Part shown: positions 13,301-28,300 of the stretch, one piece after another
Numbering within the stretch: the stretch's first letter is position 1
Layout of the letters: each line of letters starts with the position of its first letter
DNA from: Mya arenaria
Lineage: Eukaryota
DNA length: 64,000 nt
Direction of reading: 5' to 3'
Assembly: GCF_026914265.1 (NCBI RefSeq)
Contig: NC_069133.1
Span: 48,609,355 to 48,673,354 of the forward strand
The notes under the pieces: generated by a model
Databases searched by the model: none
What the model was told of the DNA's origin: nothing
What the model saw: the letters and a program-made list of their open reading frames with translations, nothing else
Translations under genes and position numbers: made by a program

Positions 13301-16300
13301 TCTCTGTTTTTGACTGAAAACAAAAGGGACTTAAGACATTCTCCCGCTTTTGAACCCAATCTACCAACTTAGAGACCAAAATATACCTCACTGCCATTCA
13401 GTGCTACTAACCTGTCATTACATGCTGCTGAAAACATGTATAATAATTATGGTGGTTTATACTTGCATTACAAATTGAAAAGTAAAAGGATGTTGAATTT
13501 AATATTAAAACAGGCTCAACAATGAAAAAATGTAAAAAGTGGAAGGGACTCCTAATTTCAGGAAGGGACACCTGATTTCAAATGTTGGTGTCCCTTCGGG
13601 ATCCCTTGGAAAAATGGTTAGTGTCGACCCCTGAAATTGACAACAGTTGTCTAGAATTTTATTAGAAATCATAATTTGTACGTATTGCGTAAATGTTATA
13701 AATCCGAATGTTTCGTCCCCTTAACATTTCGACCACAAGTTATTTTAAGGTTGTATATAATTACATGGGTGAAAGTTTCAGCCTCATGTGGCTTAATATG
13801 CACTTATAGCAAATATGAAGAAACAAGAGAACCGTGGTGTGTAGGTTATAGTCCATATAATGGAAAATAACCAAATTTATTAATGGAAAATAACAAAATT
13901 TATTACAAGCGAAGCCCAGTAATAAGTTTTGTTATTTTCCATTACATGAGCTGTAACCGACTTATAGTTCACCCTAGTTTCTAAGCCAATCATCGAACAA
14001 GGCCGTATACAGCGTGCCCATTGGCTGCTCGAAGTTCATTTGGCGCGCGCCATGTCTGTTGACCTAGTTATAATAATTAACTTATTGGATGCAGATGTGA
14101 TCTTATATGAAACCTATTCGAGCAAAGATTTGAAAATCTCTGGGTGATGATTGGCTTAGAAACTAGGGTGAGCTATAAGGTCCTATATAGCTCACCTGAT
14201 CAAAGAGTTACAAAAGAGTAATTGCAAATAATCTTTGCATATAGACGTATAAAAAAATAAACTTCTCAAGGGGGTCCGAATTTGCTCAAAAAATATTCTA
14301 AAGGGGGTTCTTTTCTCATCAAATAAACTTCTGAAGGGGGATGGTCCATTTTGAAAGTGCCTTCCTGGGGTGGGACATATGTTTTACTGGAATAGCCCTT
14401 ACATGAATACTTCTTTTTTTTTGTTAATACATTGTACACAATATAAAATATATGCAAGTTTATACCATGCTTTTCATAAACTGTAACATTTCTAAGATAA
14501 TTATGCAAAAACAAGGTTAGTTGATAGGGAATTTCATGTTAAGGGCTGAACATAAACTACATGCCATGTATGCTTTTTGTTTTTTAATTGTTAAAAGTTG
14601 ATTTCAATATGCTAATAGATGAGAAATTCACAGTTTAAGCTGAAAACACTACTGTATATAAAATATAAACTGGGAACAATAACCATCCTAATCCTACTTC
14701 CAGATGGAAACTGAGTAGCATTGAGTAGATATACATGTACAAATACAGCTATCATCTTTTTTTGTTCTAAAATACAGGCAGGGGAAATTTAGGGTTTTCC
14801 CTTACTTCGAGTCTTCTGAGCAAGCCCAGTACGGACAGTGACGACCAAAAACGACCTTTCTCCCAGCTCAGTAACTCAACCACTTCTAGCTTCTCTTCAA
14901 CACTTCTTAAGGTACTGGAACATGTATACCAATAGAATAAAGAAGCTGTGTATGCTAAAAACATTTGTATACTTTATACCTGGGAAAATGTTCAATATAT
15001 ATATATAGAAACTTGAACAAGTATAATACTGAAAATAATGAGGGAGTACACCTCACCTCACTTCTAGAGTTATCTGAGTTGCATTGAAAGTTTCAATGAT
15101 TGAGATGAATTACCGTTTAATCAGCAAATGTAACCATATCATATTTAGATAAGTTTAACATCATGCACATTTTTTTCTGCTAGCATATATGTTTAAAGTA
15201 TTTTAGATTACTTTAATTTTGTGAGGTTTTATTTTTGCTTTTATCCTCCATTATAAAATATTTCTCACTGCAAATTTCAATTCTCGCTCTAAGTAAAAGC
15301 TGCACTCTCACAGATAGAAAGTTTTGACAATTGTTTATATTTTTGTCTTGGAATGAGCCTATTTTTTATGACAATCCATGGAAACCAGCTATATAAGACT
15401 GCTGGCAAAAATTTAGATTGCAGATTTTAATATTTAAGTTCAAAAAGTGATTTTTTATGCATTTTTCTTAAACCGTTAGTAACAGTTTAAGCCATTAAAC
15501 ATTAATTTTCGAATGGAAATATGAAAATCTACGATCGTTTTTTTGTCAGCAATCTTATATCATTGGTTTTGGGATATTTACGCAAAAGTTTGCTCTTTCC
15601 AAAACAAAAAATAAAAAAGTTGTAAATATGGTTCATCTGTGAGAGTGCAGCTCTAAGCAACAAATAGTGTAATTTAAATTTAGTTTCGAAAAACATTCAA
15701 TTATCATCATAATATTCAAAGTGGATTGTGCTTTTCAGACTGGATTAACCCTTACTGGAAACACGTCATCAACAACTAGATCAACAGGATCATGCTTTTT
15801 GTCACATGGCAACAGTTCCCTGGCAACAGGCTCTTCTTTAGCAGCCACAGGTTCTTTAGCTATAGGGTCAGCTTTAACAAAAGGATCCACACTAATGAGC
15901 CGTCAAGGGTTACAGTCCACTAATTTGGGCTTAACTTCAGTAAAATTAGAATCATCCTCTCATCTTGGCCTGTCAACAGGAATTTCAAGCACATTGCTGT
16001 GTAGTGTCAGCACTGGCTCAGCAAAAAGTGGTGGGCGTAAGATCAAAACTGGTGGCAAGAAAAAAGAAAAGTCAAGAAAGAAAATCAAACTAGGCAAATA
16101 TGAGGCCCCTACTCCAGAGTATAACCTGACCAATGAGGTGCCAGCAGTGAAAGAAATCTCAATGCCGAAGTTTACACCCCCTGATTTAGACAGGACCCTA
16201 ATGGCTGGGGCAAAACTGCATGATGTTAATGGGATGAAGGTATTATGAATTAATATTTTATATATGTTATGCAATATGCATGTAGATAATTAGACATTCT

Positions 16301-19300
16301 AGAAGTGTATTGTAAGTTCTTGTTGTAGGATATTATTGATCTTTGTGCTGATATTTGTTGAAATATCATTTACTTTCTTTGATAAATGGGGCCATATTCA
16401 TCAAGCATCTTAGTGAATATTTTCAACTGAGTGAAGAATTCTTAATTTTTGACAACAACTATTTTAAATACTCTCTTTTTTTAGAACGTTTTCGGTAAAA
16501 AAAATGCAATTTGAAAATTGTCACTAAGATTCTTAGCGAATATGACCCCTGATGCTTATTTTGTGTCATATTAATTTTTGTATGAGTGGTGTTATTTCCT
16601 TTTTGTCACATTCTTTATGCTTTACTATTTTTGGGGTTTGACACAGTCATACTTAAATGAATTGGAATATTGATACATGTAGTTTATGGATACTCCTAAT
16701 TTTATAGTCAATTAGTTTCTTAAATAATACTTAAATGAAATCTTAAATCTTCAAAACCCTTTGTTTTCAGTTTGCTCTGGTTAATGCAGTGAGTGGTTCT
16801 CTGATTTGTCAGCCAGACTTCAAGTCAGGAGCTGACCCAACCCGCGTTACCTTGGTTACAATGTCAGAGAAGGTCATCTGTTATGACCCGGAGTTCGTTC
16901 TGAAGGTGAGTGCAAAAATCAGTCCTAAGTTTAATTGGCTTTGAAATTATCATGTCTTTTTAACAGAGCTATGCTGAATTTTAAAGAGAAAAAAAGTGGG
17001 TTATTGCAGGCTTGATTTTATGGTTGTTGTTACCTTAAACCTTTATTCTTGTTGGTCATGATGGGTATCAAACACACAACCTGTTTGATAAGAGGCAAAC
17101 ACCTGGTAAACCAAAATACCACTCTTTTTTTATTTAATATTTATGAAGTCATAATGCACTTAAAAAATATATCTACTTGCCATGCTCTATCATATGTTTT
17201 TATCATTCTGTTTATAATACAGTGTGTTTCTTTAAATGGTTTAACCATCAATCTACATGCTTATAATGTAGAGCCAGAAGTTAAAAAATGCAACACACGT
17301 CTTTGGAATTTTAGCTAGCGCTATACAGCAGGAAGCAGTTGAATATCCGGACAACAAGCAACTTCCTTCTAGCCCTGGCCTCCCATATACCGGCATGTAG
17401 ACCGTACCTGAAGAGATACTTCAACGTCTCAATAGCCCTGCCCTCAGACTGGATTGAAGTTGCTGAGATATACTCAGTATGTCCATACAATTATATGTTC
17501 TTAATAGGATCATTTCATTCACTTTCTGTTGAAACTAAACAGTAAGTTATTGCCTTTGTCTTGTCATTTTGAGTGATACAGTATCATTTTTTACAGTTTT
17601 TATTTACTAGTAGTTCCATTTTAATTTTATGCAAAAGGTTTTCTTATTGCTTTATATGCTATATAATAACAGTTATAATGGGACAATAGTATGTTGGCCT
17701 TGGATATAGTTAAAGGCATATCATTGATGTCCTAAAATTCATCTTTTTTGAGAAAATAACTTAAGAAATTTACAAAATGTTGTCATAATCTTGACTGTCT
17801 AGTTACAAAAGTTTGAACACCTTTTATCTTAAGACAATGTTAACCTGGAACATGTAGTTATAGTTACGGCACCCACAACCCAAGTTATTAAGATTATACC
17901 AGAATGTTTCTTTACAACTGTATAACTTTAATTTAGAGAATTGAGGGTGACGTAACTGTTTTTCTCCATGTTGTCATGGTCAACATTCGATAAGGCCCAT
18001 GCCAACGGTTACCATTCAGATATGGTAGTACATGTAAATGTGCTGACATAAACAAAGAAACACTCTCAAACATGGTACAATTGAGAGTTATATCACAAGT
18101 ACCTACTTTCAGGCATTCCCTGAGAAGACTCTGCCCCTTGGTTCCCTTCCATCAGCTCTACGGAGAGCCATGGTGAACAAATTCCCGGACTTTGACAAAT
18201 ACCAGTTGGGTAAGCAGAGATATTCACATGTACTGTACTATTGACCGGAAAGCATCATTTTGATCTTTAAAAATGTCAATGAAATGATTACATGTATGTA
18301 AATTGACTTTGAAGGAGAAAAGCAGTACTTTATAAATGGCCTAATCTAAATCTAAACTTGGTAAATTTCAGTTTACGTCCTGATAGAACTAGGATGGAAA
18401 AAAGTACACCGGTAGATTTCATTTGTATAGGTTTTGATTTAAGTATGTGTAATAGACTGATTAAAATCTTGCTATTGTGTTGCCCAGTTTAGGCAGATTT
18501 TGGTATAAAACCTTTTTATTTTTAATGTAATTTAGCCAAGTACAACAAGGAGAGCTCCGGCAAGAAGAAGAGAAAGAAGGAGAGGCTGCAGAAAGAGCAG
18601 TCAGGGGAGGCAACCAGAGGTGGAGGCAGGGGAAGGTACTCTAGACTGTTAAGGAGTTGTAAATACAGTTAGCGGTAATAATAATAATAATGTTATGCAA
18701 TAATAATTAAAAAATCAGAGCAGTCAACCCGAGTTGGAGGAGGGGAAGGTAACTGTGTTGTTATTCAGAACATATTATTAGGACATTTCTCAATTCAATT
18801 TACTTCTGTGAATTGATATGATTATGTGTCCATCTGTCACCTCAGAGGTTGTGAGTCCCCATCAGTCCCCAGGGGTGCTCCCTCATGGACACCCTAAGGG
18901 CCTACATTTACCATCACCTTCAGTCAGACTCTCAAATGGGCAATTAACAAGCTATATCATGTTACAACAACACTTTGGCTATATGTTAAACAAATTTCAA
19001 ACTCAAACTTACATGTGTTTCTCTATATCAAGGGGCCGAGGTGCGTCTCGGGGATCACGAGGTGGCCGTGGGGCCAGCAGAGGGGCCAGGGGCGGGACAC
19101 AATCTGCCCCAGCAGGGAAGCCAAGAAAACGATCCATGCTGGATTCTGACACCAGCAGCTCTGAGTCTGACTCTGAATCTGACTCTGACTCTGATGAAGA
19201 GTATGAGAAATATAAGAAGGTAGGTTTGAGAAGGTTTTTGTTAGGCCAATTTTGTATTTGAATGTACCAGTAGACTGGACACCTTGAATTGTAGGTACTA

Positions 19301-22300
19301 ATTTACCATAAAAGTACAGATAATTCATACCCTTAATATTATGGTTGACTTGAAATTCATCATGATTTTTTTTGAATATTCAACAGAAGTGATTTGATTA
19401 AGTTGAACAAAAAATTCTAAGAATTTGATATATAATCATAATTATGAGATATGATAGATGTTTAGAAACTAACTACATACCATTCTTCCACATGTATATG
19501 TTTGTCTTCCAGGACATTGTGTATGATGATGGAGAGAGCCCTGAACAGTTACAGAAGATGAGCTTCACCCTGAAGCAGCTTATCCGGAAACTACACATCA
19601 CCGAGCCAGTGGAACATGTCATGTGCCTTATTGGGAAAAAGTAGGTCACTTGTACATTGGTACATGAGAACATATTGTAGGGTTATAAGGCTTATACATG
19701 TAGTAGTCTTAAATAATAGATGTGTTAAACTTTTTTTTCTCATCCCTAACATAGTGAAGGATTTGCCATATAAAAAATCATAAAAAAATCTGTCCACGTA
19801 CAATTATTAAGAGTAATACATGTAGATAACAATACTGCATGTAGCTTGGTAAGTGGAGCATGTCAGGTGTGTCATTGAAAAAAGTAGGGCCGTGTATTGA
19901 TACATAAAAATATATTGTAGGTATGTTAAGGCGTATGTGCATGTAGGTACATAATTATACTGCATATCACTTGGCCAGTGGAAAATATGATATTTCTAAT
20001 TGGCAAAAAGTAGGTCCGTTGAGTACATGTGTATTGATACATAAGAACATGTTGAAGGGATGTTATAAAGGAATGTACATGTTGTTGATACATAAATTAA
20101 ACATCACTGAATATATCCTACGTGTTGAGTGTGCCTTTATAGGTAGGTCATTTATAGTGGCATCATCTTGGTGTATACCAACTTTTGATCATTACACAGT
20201 GTAACATGCCATATGCTTCATTGAGAAAAGAAAGCTGAGTTCCGTCATAGTCAACTTCTGGTTTTCATTGATAACTCAATTTTTTGTGGCATGGTGTCTT
20301 GTTGCTTAAGTTTGGGAATCTGGGTCACAAGGGCACTTGAATTGAAATGAAATCTTGCACTTCATTCTTGGTCAAGGGTGCTTGTTCTTATAACTATGTA
20401 AAAGAAAACACAACTCCTAGTGCATCATTGATCCACTGTGGAATAAAGGTTCAAGCCGTATAAAATGGTATTAAAATGACCTTGTTTTCACCCTTGATAA
20501 CAGTAAACTATCATAAGTTAATTATGTAATCACACTAAATCATTTAAATGACAAAACTTATCTTCATGAAACTTGATGTATATGTTGGTCTCGCATTCCA
20601 GGTACCCAACAACCCTAGAAGAGTTTTACAGATGCCGGTTACCAGGAACATTTGATGAAGAGCGAGCTGGAAAGCGTATGAAGCTGCCTGTCCCAGAGAC
20701 ATGGGAGACTCAGGTGTCACTTAAGGGGAACAAGGCAGCGACATGGCAGGAACTGCTAGGTAGGGGGACTTTTAACTTAGATATAGATTCACATGAAATG
20801 ACACATAGTTTATGTGTTTTTATACTGAGCCAATAAACTCTTTGGAGACCCAGGTGGCCATTCCACCAAAAATCCTATATACCCTTTCATAAAACTTGCG
20901 GCATACAGGGGGATGAGCAGCTTAATGCTTTAATCTTAAACTTTGAAAACCAATATGTGGTTTTAAAGTGTAGGAATTAAAGACATTGGAGAAATGTTAA
21001 GCTTGCTTTTTTGAGAAAGCAGTTAAGAAACATAATAAAAAATAACATTTTTCCACAGTATTCCAAAGTAAGATGAGAAATGTAAGAAAGAGCAAATCAT
21101 CAACAAAGAAACAATGCAATTAACCTGTGGATGTTTTGCACAAGAAAGATTTATTTTTCATGACACTACCAATGTGTTAATCTAAATCCATGTGATATTT
21201 GCAGATCACAAGAAGTTACCCTTCATGGCAATGTTGCGTAACTTGAGAAACCTGATTAAAGCTGGGATCTCCTCCAAACACCACACTGGGATCATTCGAA
21301 GGCTCACTGATGATGTAAGGTTATAGAGAACATCTTAGTCATGGAATGTGTCACACAGCAAAACTTAAACACACATTGGTTTTATATTATTTTCTTTATT
21401 ATATAGTACAATTCATTCTTGAACTTGTTTTCAAGGTTAGGGTTTTCTGACTTTGGCCCAAAATTTGTGACATTGGTCAAATTCACACATAATTATTCAA
21501 AATTATTGTATCTATTTCACTCTAACAGTACTGTTACCGATATGCAGAATTGGTAATCCTATTTTTCATATCTTTTAATGAAATGCATACTTATATGCAT
21601 CCAGAGGCATAATTGTTATTTACAGTTGCTTCTCAAGCTCCAGATAGTGTTTTGAAATTACACATTTATAGAAATATTTATGTACATACTTTGAAAATGT
21701 GAAGCGCAAAACAAGTGACCTTCAACTGTATAACTACATAATTTACAACCTTTTATCAAAGTAAAGACACTGCACAAATGTTCACAAATTCATGACATAA
21801 GTGTCTACAGAAGCTCTCAAAACTTTCTTCAGTCAAGAACACATTCATGTTCATGGTTTTAACCACTTGAGCATGAGCCAATTAACATCCATTCTCTATA
21901 CACATTGTGAACATTGCAAATTGATTTTGATAAAGGGTAGTACTACATCTGTTAACACTTTTGTTACAATGTTTTTTTCAACCATTTTGAGTTGGGCTGG
22001 GGCTTTTTAGATTGGGAAAAATACCTCATTTTGACTAAAATTGACAGTTTGTGTGATCAAGTATATTTCTATTTGTGTTAGCAGTCAAATTGCCATGCTA
22101 AATTGGTCAGAAAAGACACTTTATTGTAAAGACTATGTTAACATTTACATGACTGTATTGAATCAAAGCTAAGGTGACATTGTATTACACTATAGTACCA
22201 TAACCCTTTTTCCATCTTTCAGAGACAAGTAATCAACAGCAAGCAGTTTCCATTCAGATTTTTCTCAGCTTATGAAGTACTGGAACAACTTCAAAAGGAT

Positions 22301-25300
22301 TATGAAACATCCCGTAAGTTAATGTTAATGGACCATAGCAGTTTATGGTTTGTTCAGGAAACTTAGGAAAAATCATCAGAGAAAAATGCTAGCTATTTTC
22401 CTTGCTGTGATCTTGTCTGTGGCTGGGTTGCTCATATTTTTTTTAACAATAACTAAGTTTTAAAGAACTAAGTCTTAAGGTAGTTGTATAGCTGTCCAGC
22501 TTTCACCTATAAGGTCATGTGTTCAAACCCCACCAGGGACACATTCTCTCGACCAAAAAGGCCCAGTTGTTTTCTATCCATAAAACAGACTTGAGGGTTT
22601 ACATCAGCTGTCAGGTTTCTTCACAATCGAGTGGAACTATATTAATATAAACTGACATGGCAACCATGGGGGGCAAACAACTATGCTTGTGAAAGTAGAG
22701 AATTCACAGTAAATTACTTATACTGGATACATTATCCAATGTATCATCTCAAAAAATATTATTATTATTATTTCCCAGAGGCAGCTATAATAGCAGAGGC
22801 TGAAGAAATGGCAGCTGGTGGAGGCCAACCTAAGCATACTAAGGCGAAGAAAGAGAAACTGACGGCTGACAACTGGTGGGCCATCAAGAAACAGAGGAAA
22901 AAGGAGAAGGACAAAAAACCAAAGTGAGTCTGATTGTTTTTGTGAAGGATTTGGTATCATCTGCAAATACATGAGACAAATTGGTATAAACTTGTCCAGC
23001 ATTCGTGTCATCATCAACACTGTCATTCATTTCTGATCAATGATACTTTTGAATAATGTTTTAAAGATTTTTTAGGCTTGGTTCGCTCCTTGGTTATGGT
23101 CAGTAGATGACCCTAGGTGACCCCATTTGATTTTAGGGTCATGAGTAGATCAAAGCCAAGGTCATGACAATATTTATTGCCCCTTTCAGCCATCACTTTT
23201 GTTTTGCAAAATTCTAGTTTTAAATTACATATCATTTCTTTTAATATATGTAGTCTTTTATTTGCAAACATTGTGGATTAGCTGGTGTGGAATTAGTTTT
23301 GGTCATTTCCTTGATTTCAAATTAATTTTATAAAATCTAAAACATTAAAACATAGAATTGTTTAGTATATTTTTATCATGAAATGATAATTTGATGTATC
23401 TTTGGTAGGGGGGTAAATGCTTGCCTGTAAACCACACTTGTACCATGTTTAAGAGAGTTTTCTTGGTGTGCGTCTCTGCATTATCCTCCACATTAGAATG
23501 GTAACAAGAAGGCGGAGCATACCCATGCAATTAATAGTGTTGAGGATATGACAATGCTTTTCATTTATAGAAATGCTTGTTATTGAACGTTGTCCTTGAC
23601 AACATGGTACAAACAGTTACTAGTGATTAAGTTTATACAACTCACGCTTTGTGTTATGTAGAATTGTTATAGTTCTAGTAGCAGTGGCAGTTAATATTTC
23701 TAATTAAAAACTTGAATCAAAAAGCCCTAGACACATCTGTGACGAGAGCCACAGTGTACAATGTTGCTAGACTGAGCAGGAAAAGTTTTTTGTGTACCTC
23801 AGAGCTAAACAAAAATGATATCCACATTTCAGGGAGACGCCTTTTGACTCGGGAATCATAAACCGGTACAGGAAAGCCCTAGACACAGCTGTGAAGATTG
23901 CAACTGTTTACAATGTGGCTCCTATCAGAGGAAGGACTTTAATACTGTGTAATGTCAGTTCAGCAATGGATGCTCCCTGTACAGCAGCTCGAGGGCTCGG
24001 AAAACCAAGAACTGTAAGTTCAAAGACAAGACAAACAAAATTAAAATACATACATGTATGTGGTAATAAAGATACCGTGTATAACTGGCTGAGCTTGATC
24101 AGAAAAAGAAGACAACTGTGAAGTTAATCTGCAATTTAAGATATAATCATTTAGAAATTGCATAACAAATGTTTTGTTTATTTGAAATACAAAGAAAACT
24201 TAGCTCATAAATAATTATGTTGATTAGTATGTTTATGAGATACCAAAACTGAGAATTTTTAAAATAGACATCTGCATACCCCAATACATGAAGTAGTCTG
24301 TGAGCATTTGAAAACAACAACATGTTTTCCATTCTATATTACATAGAGTATTTATTGACCTTATTTTTAGATGAGGGAGGTATGCATCCTTCTGGGTCTG
24401 ATGTGCAAGTATTCATGCGAGGACAGCACCATGATCATCTTCGACTCAGACCTGTCTAGATACATCAGCGTGAAACCCAAAACTGGCACAATCTTGGAGA
24501 ATATGCGACTCGTGTTGGAGACTGATGTCACTGAGGGTCGTCTTGGGAACTTCAACGAGGGTCTACCCATGGAGATCTTGTATGACGGTCTGCGAGATAG
24601 AATACAGGTTGATCTTTGGAATCCTTGTGGTTTCATTTCTTTGTTTAATGTTTTTTATATAAGTTTATTCGAGCAGCACTTTTAAAAGGCAATCAAAGGG
24701 ATATTGCTGTACACAGCTTATAAAAGCTCAACAAAGCACGAACACTTGGGCTCATATGAAATGTAAGAAAATCATGTTAAAAAATTGTTGTATCGATGTA
24801 AGAAAAATATTATTCACATGTTTATGTGAGCAATAACTTGCATAAATATACATTATAATTAAGTTGAAGTCTTACGTAATAATATCTCTCTAAACAAGGT
24901 TCCCACTATTCTATCTGAACCTTATATTGTTTTTACCTGTCATATTGGCTTAGTTACCACGTCTGTTTTTCAGAGACAGAAAGTTGAGGAACTGTCATTG
25001 TCTTGGTTTTCACAACGATGTCATTATAAGGGAAAAAATAACTCCATAATTGCCATATCTCAAAAACTGTTGATTGTCTTTTGTTCAGCAGTGCTCTTGT
25101 TTTCTATTGGGCTAAGGATAAAAATCATTTAAGATTAATCATTTAAAATATTCATACGTTCAGTACAGAACGGAGAGAAATTATATTTTGTAAATGTAAA
25201 TGCAAAAAAAATGTACCCAAAGTACCGGTACTTCCAAAGCTGATATTCTTCAAATTAACTCTCCATTTCAGATTGACAACCTGTTGTTGATGACCGTGTC

Positions 25301-28300
25301 CGGTAGTGAGGTAGGTCAGAGACAACTAGTGAACTCATTCATGGAGATGTACAGAAGAATAGTGAACCCTGACCTACTCTATGTCAATGTGGGCTTTGCT
25401 GGAAAATCCTCTGGGTATGTTGTTTCTTACCTTGAAATCATAAATATTCTTTAATAGTTTAAAAATACTTTCATGCAGCAAACATTTCCATCAAGTTCTC
25501 GGACAACCCAATTTAATGTTCATGTAGGTCATTCAGTGCACCTCGGCAATTTTCCATCCAAACAACCTCGGATATATGTCGGTACATAAGCAGAAGAAGG
25601 TCTTAAAATTTAAAAAAACAGTATTAATTAATTGTAGTGTTTTAACATGTATTGTGTATTACTAAGTCTAAATTGATTGAAGTGAAATATTGCATAAATA
25701 ATTATGACTCACTATAGTCAAATCATTAAGTTTAACTGCTAAGTTGAAATTACTATGCGATCTACTTGCATCTTAGTTAAATGTAATGATTTCTGACATT
25801 TTAAATTGTCCATGGATATCCGAGGTTGTTTTCTATGGAAAATGGCCAAGGTGTTCCGAATACGTGTAGGTATGTCTGAGAATGTAAATTCTAGAGAAAT
25901 GAATGGTAATATTTTGAGGGTTTCAATTTTGAATATAAATCAATTTGATTAATGTTTAAGAATATTTTTAAGGTACATTTACATCTTAAAAAACGGTATG
26001 ACCTACTTTTGCTTTATAAATGTAATAAAATAGCAGTCTTGGTCTTTAGTATTGAGCTGAATGATTTGATAATGATCATCTATAATTTTTGCTTTGCAGG
26101 TTTGCCAAAGACATCAAACCAGAGCATGAGAATAACATCTACATCTCGGGATTTAGTGATCAAATTTTGAGGTACCCGGTAGTTGAGATTTTTAGACTAT
26201 TCTTTGCTGACAACTTGAGAAAAGCTTTTAAGACAATGAGAAATATTCCTCCTTCAAAAATATATCAGTTAACAAGCAGTTGTAATTGGTAAGGTAAGGT
26301 ATAGGATTTGTTAAATGAATAATCGATATTAAAAGTTTATCAATTAACATACATAATTGTATACAAGTGTATGTATATTGCTGTAGTGTTAAAATATTTG
26401 ATTGTTTCTTTGATTTAAGAATCTAGCTAGTTGATTTAGGCTCAGTTCACTTTACTTTTTCTTTAAGGGAGTTTGAGATGGCTAATCATTGATAATTATT
26501 CTGAATATATTTATTTAAAGGTTTATTGCTGAGAGAGGGGACGGTGGTCAGTTACGGCATGTTGAGAAGATAGACGAAGCTTTCAACCTGAAGCCACTCC
26601 CAACCCCACCGGGGGAGAAGCTGGCCCCACCTCGAGTTGACCCCGAAACACCTTTGCAGATGGTTTCTTATACACCAAGGTATGGATGTGTCCAATATTT
26701 CTTACAGCCTTGATATTTAAAACCCAAAGCTCCTATCCACTCCACTGGATCAGATGGTGTCCTCCTGGAGTAGTATACAAGGCTTTTGTCTAAAAGCAAT
26801 ACTTATGCTCTAATTTTGTTAGAGTTTCATTCCACTAATATTTGCTACTCTTTCTCATCATAAGTTCAATACCCAGAAACAACATCTTCAGATGGATTCC
26901 CACACTCACAATTACGGTATTTTTTGAAGATAGTGATGTAAAATTGATGTACTGTAGAAAGTTCTTATTTCAGGAGTCTTTTATTGTAATAGTAATTCCC
27001 ACCATCTTGCCTTTCAAGGGAAAACTAAACCTTATTAAAAACACAAACATTTTAACAAAAATATGTTGAAGTTTTGACCAACTAAGCATGATTTGATATT
27101 TGCATGTATTCAACAATTGTCAAAATTGTAAATTTGGTTAAAATTTTAAATTCTTGTAAATTTGTTTAAAGGAAATGCTTTTCAAGTCCTAATATGGTGA
27201 TTCATTTGTTTTCTTCAGATGGCGTACAGCCCGCGTCTTCATCTCCTCAACATTCCGTGACATGCACGGGGAGCGTGATCTACTGACCCGGTTTGTGTTT
27301 CCAGAGTTACGTGCCCTTGGCAAGCAGCACTTCATCAATGTACATGAGGTTGACCTTCGCTGGGGCGTAACAGAGGAAGAAACTAGGAACTCAAAGTATG
27401 ATGACCCAGTATTATTTTTGGAATACAACAGAGTGTTAGTGCTGTATGGCTAACGGCCAGTTGCCCAGCTGTTTTTTATCCATTCTAGTTTTATACAAGA
27501 AAAACTTACAGTAAAAATTACCAAGGGTTTACCGTAATTAGTTTTAATCCAATAAATTTGGTTTAAGAAATTTGAGCAACGGCCCAATGGTCATTAATGC
27601 ATCAGTTAATCAGTGAAGATTTATTAAGTATTATTAAGTTTAAGTGTTTCTATGGCTGAATAAATGAATCTTACAAATAACAAGCTTTCGTCCTTTTGTT
27701 CTTGGATTAATTTCCAACAGTCAGAGTTATTGAGAACATTCCAAAATCCATCTGCTGTTTATTGATGGCATTATATGTGGTTGTTACATGTATGTTCATG
27801 TAGGATCTCATTAGTTATGAGTTGATTGATTACCTTTGTCAACTGTTCACATGTAAAATACTCTTATATAATTATTGATATGCTTGGTACACTTTTCTCT
27901 TTACCCCAGAACATTGGAGCTATGCCTCTCTGAAGTTCAGCGGTGCCAGTTTTTCCTTGGAATTCTGGGAGAGAGATACGGCTGGGTGCCCGACGAATAT
28001 ATAGTCCCAGACACTCCTGAGTTTGCCTGGGTGCGGGAATACAAGCCCGGGGCTTCAGTTACGGAGCTTGAAATGCAGGCAGGGGCTCTTGGGCTTCACC
28101 CGAAAACTGATAGGAGAGATGTGGCTTTCTTTTTCATCAGGGATAATGGCTTTCAATGGTAGGTAGATTTCATATTAAATTAGTTAGTCTGTTTCTATGA
28201 TAAATAGAGGTGTAGTCAACAGATTCAGATTTGTGGACTTACAAGCCGAAATTTTTATATCAGTGCTTGCCATCTTCAAACTTAAACAAGCCCTGCTATA

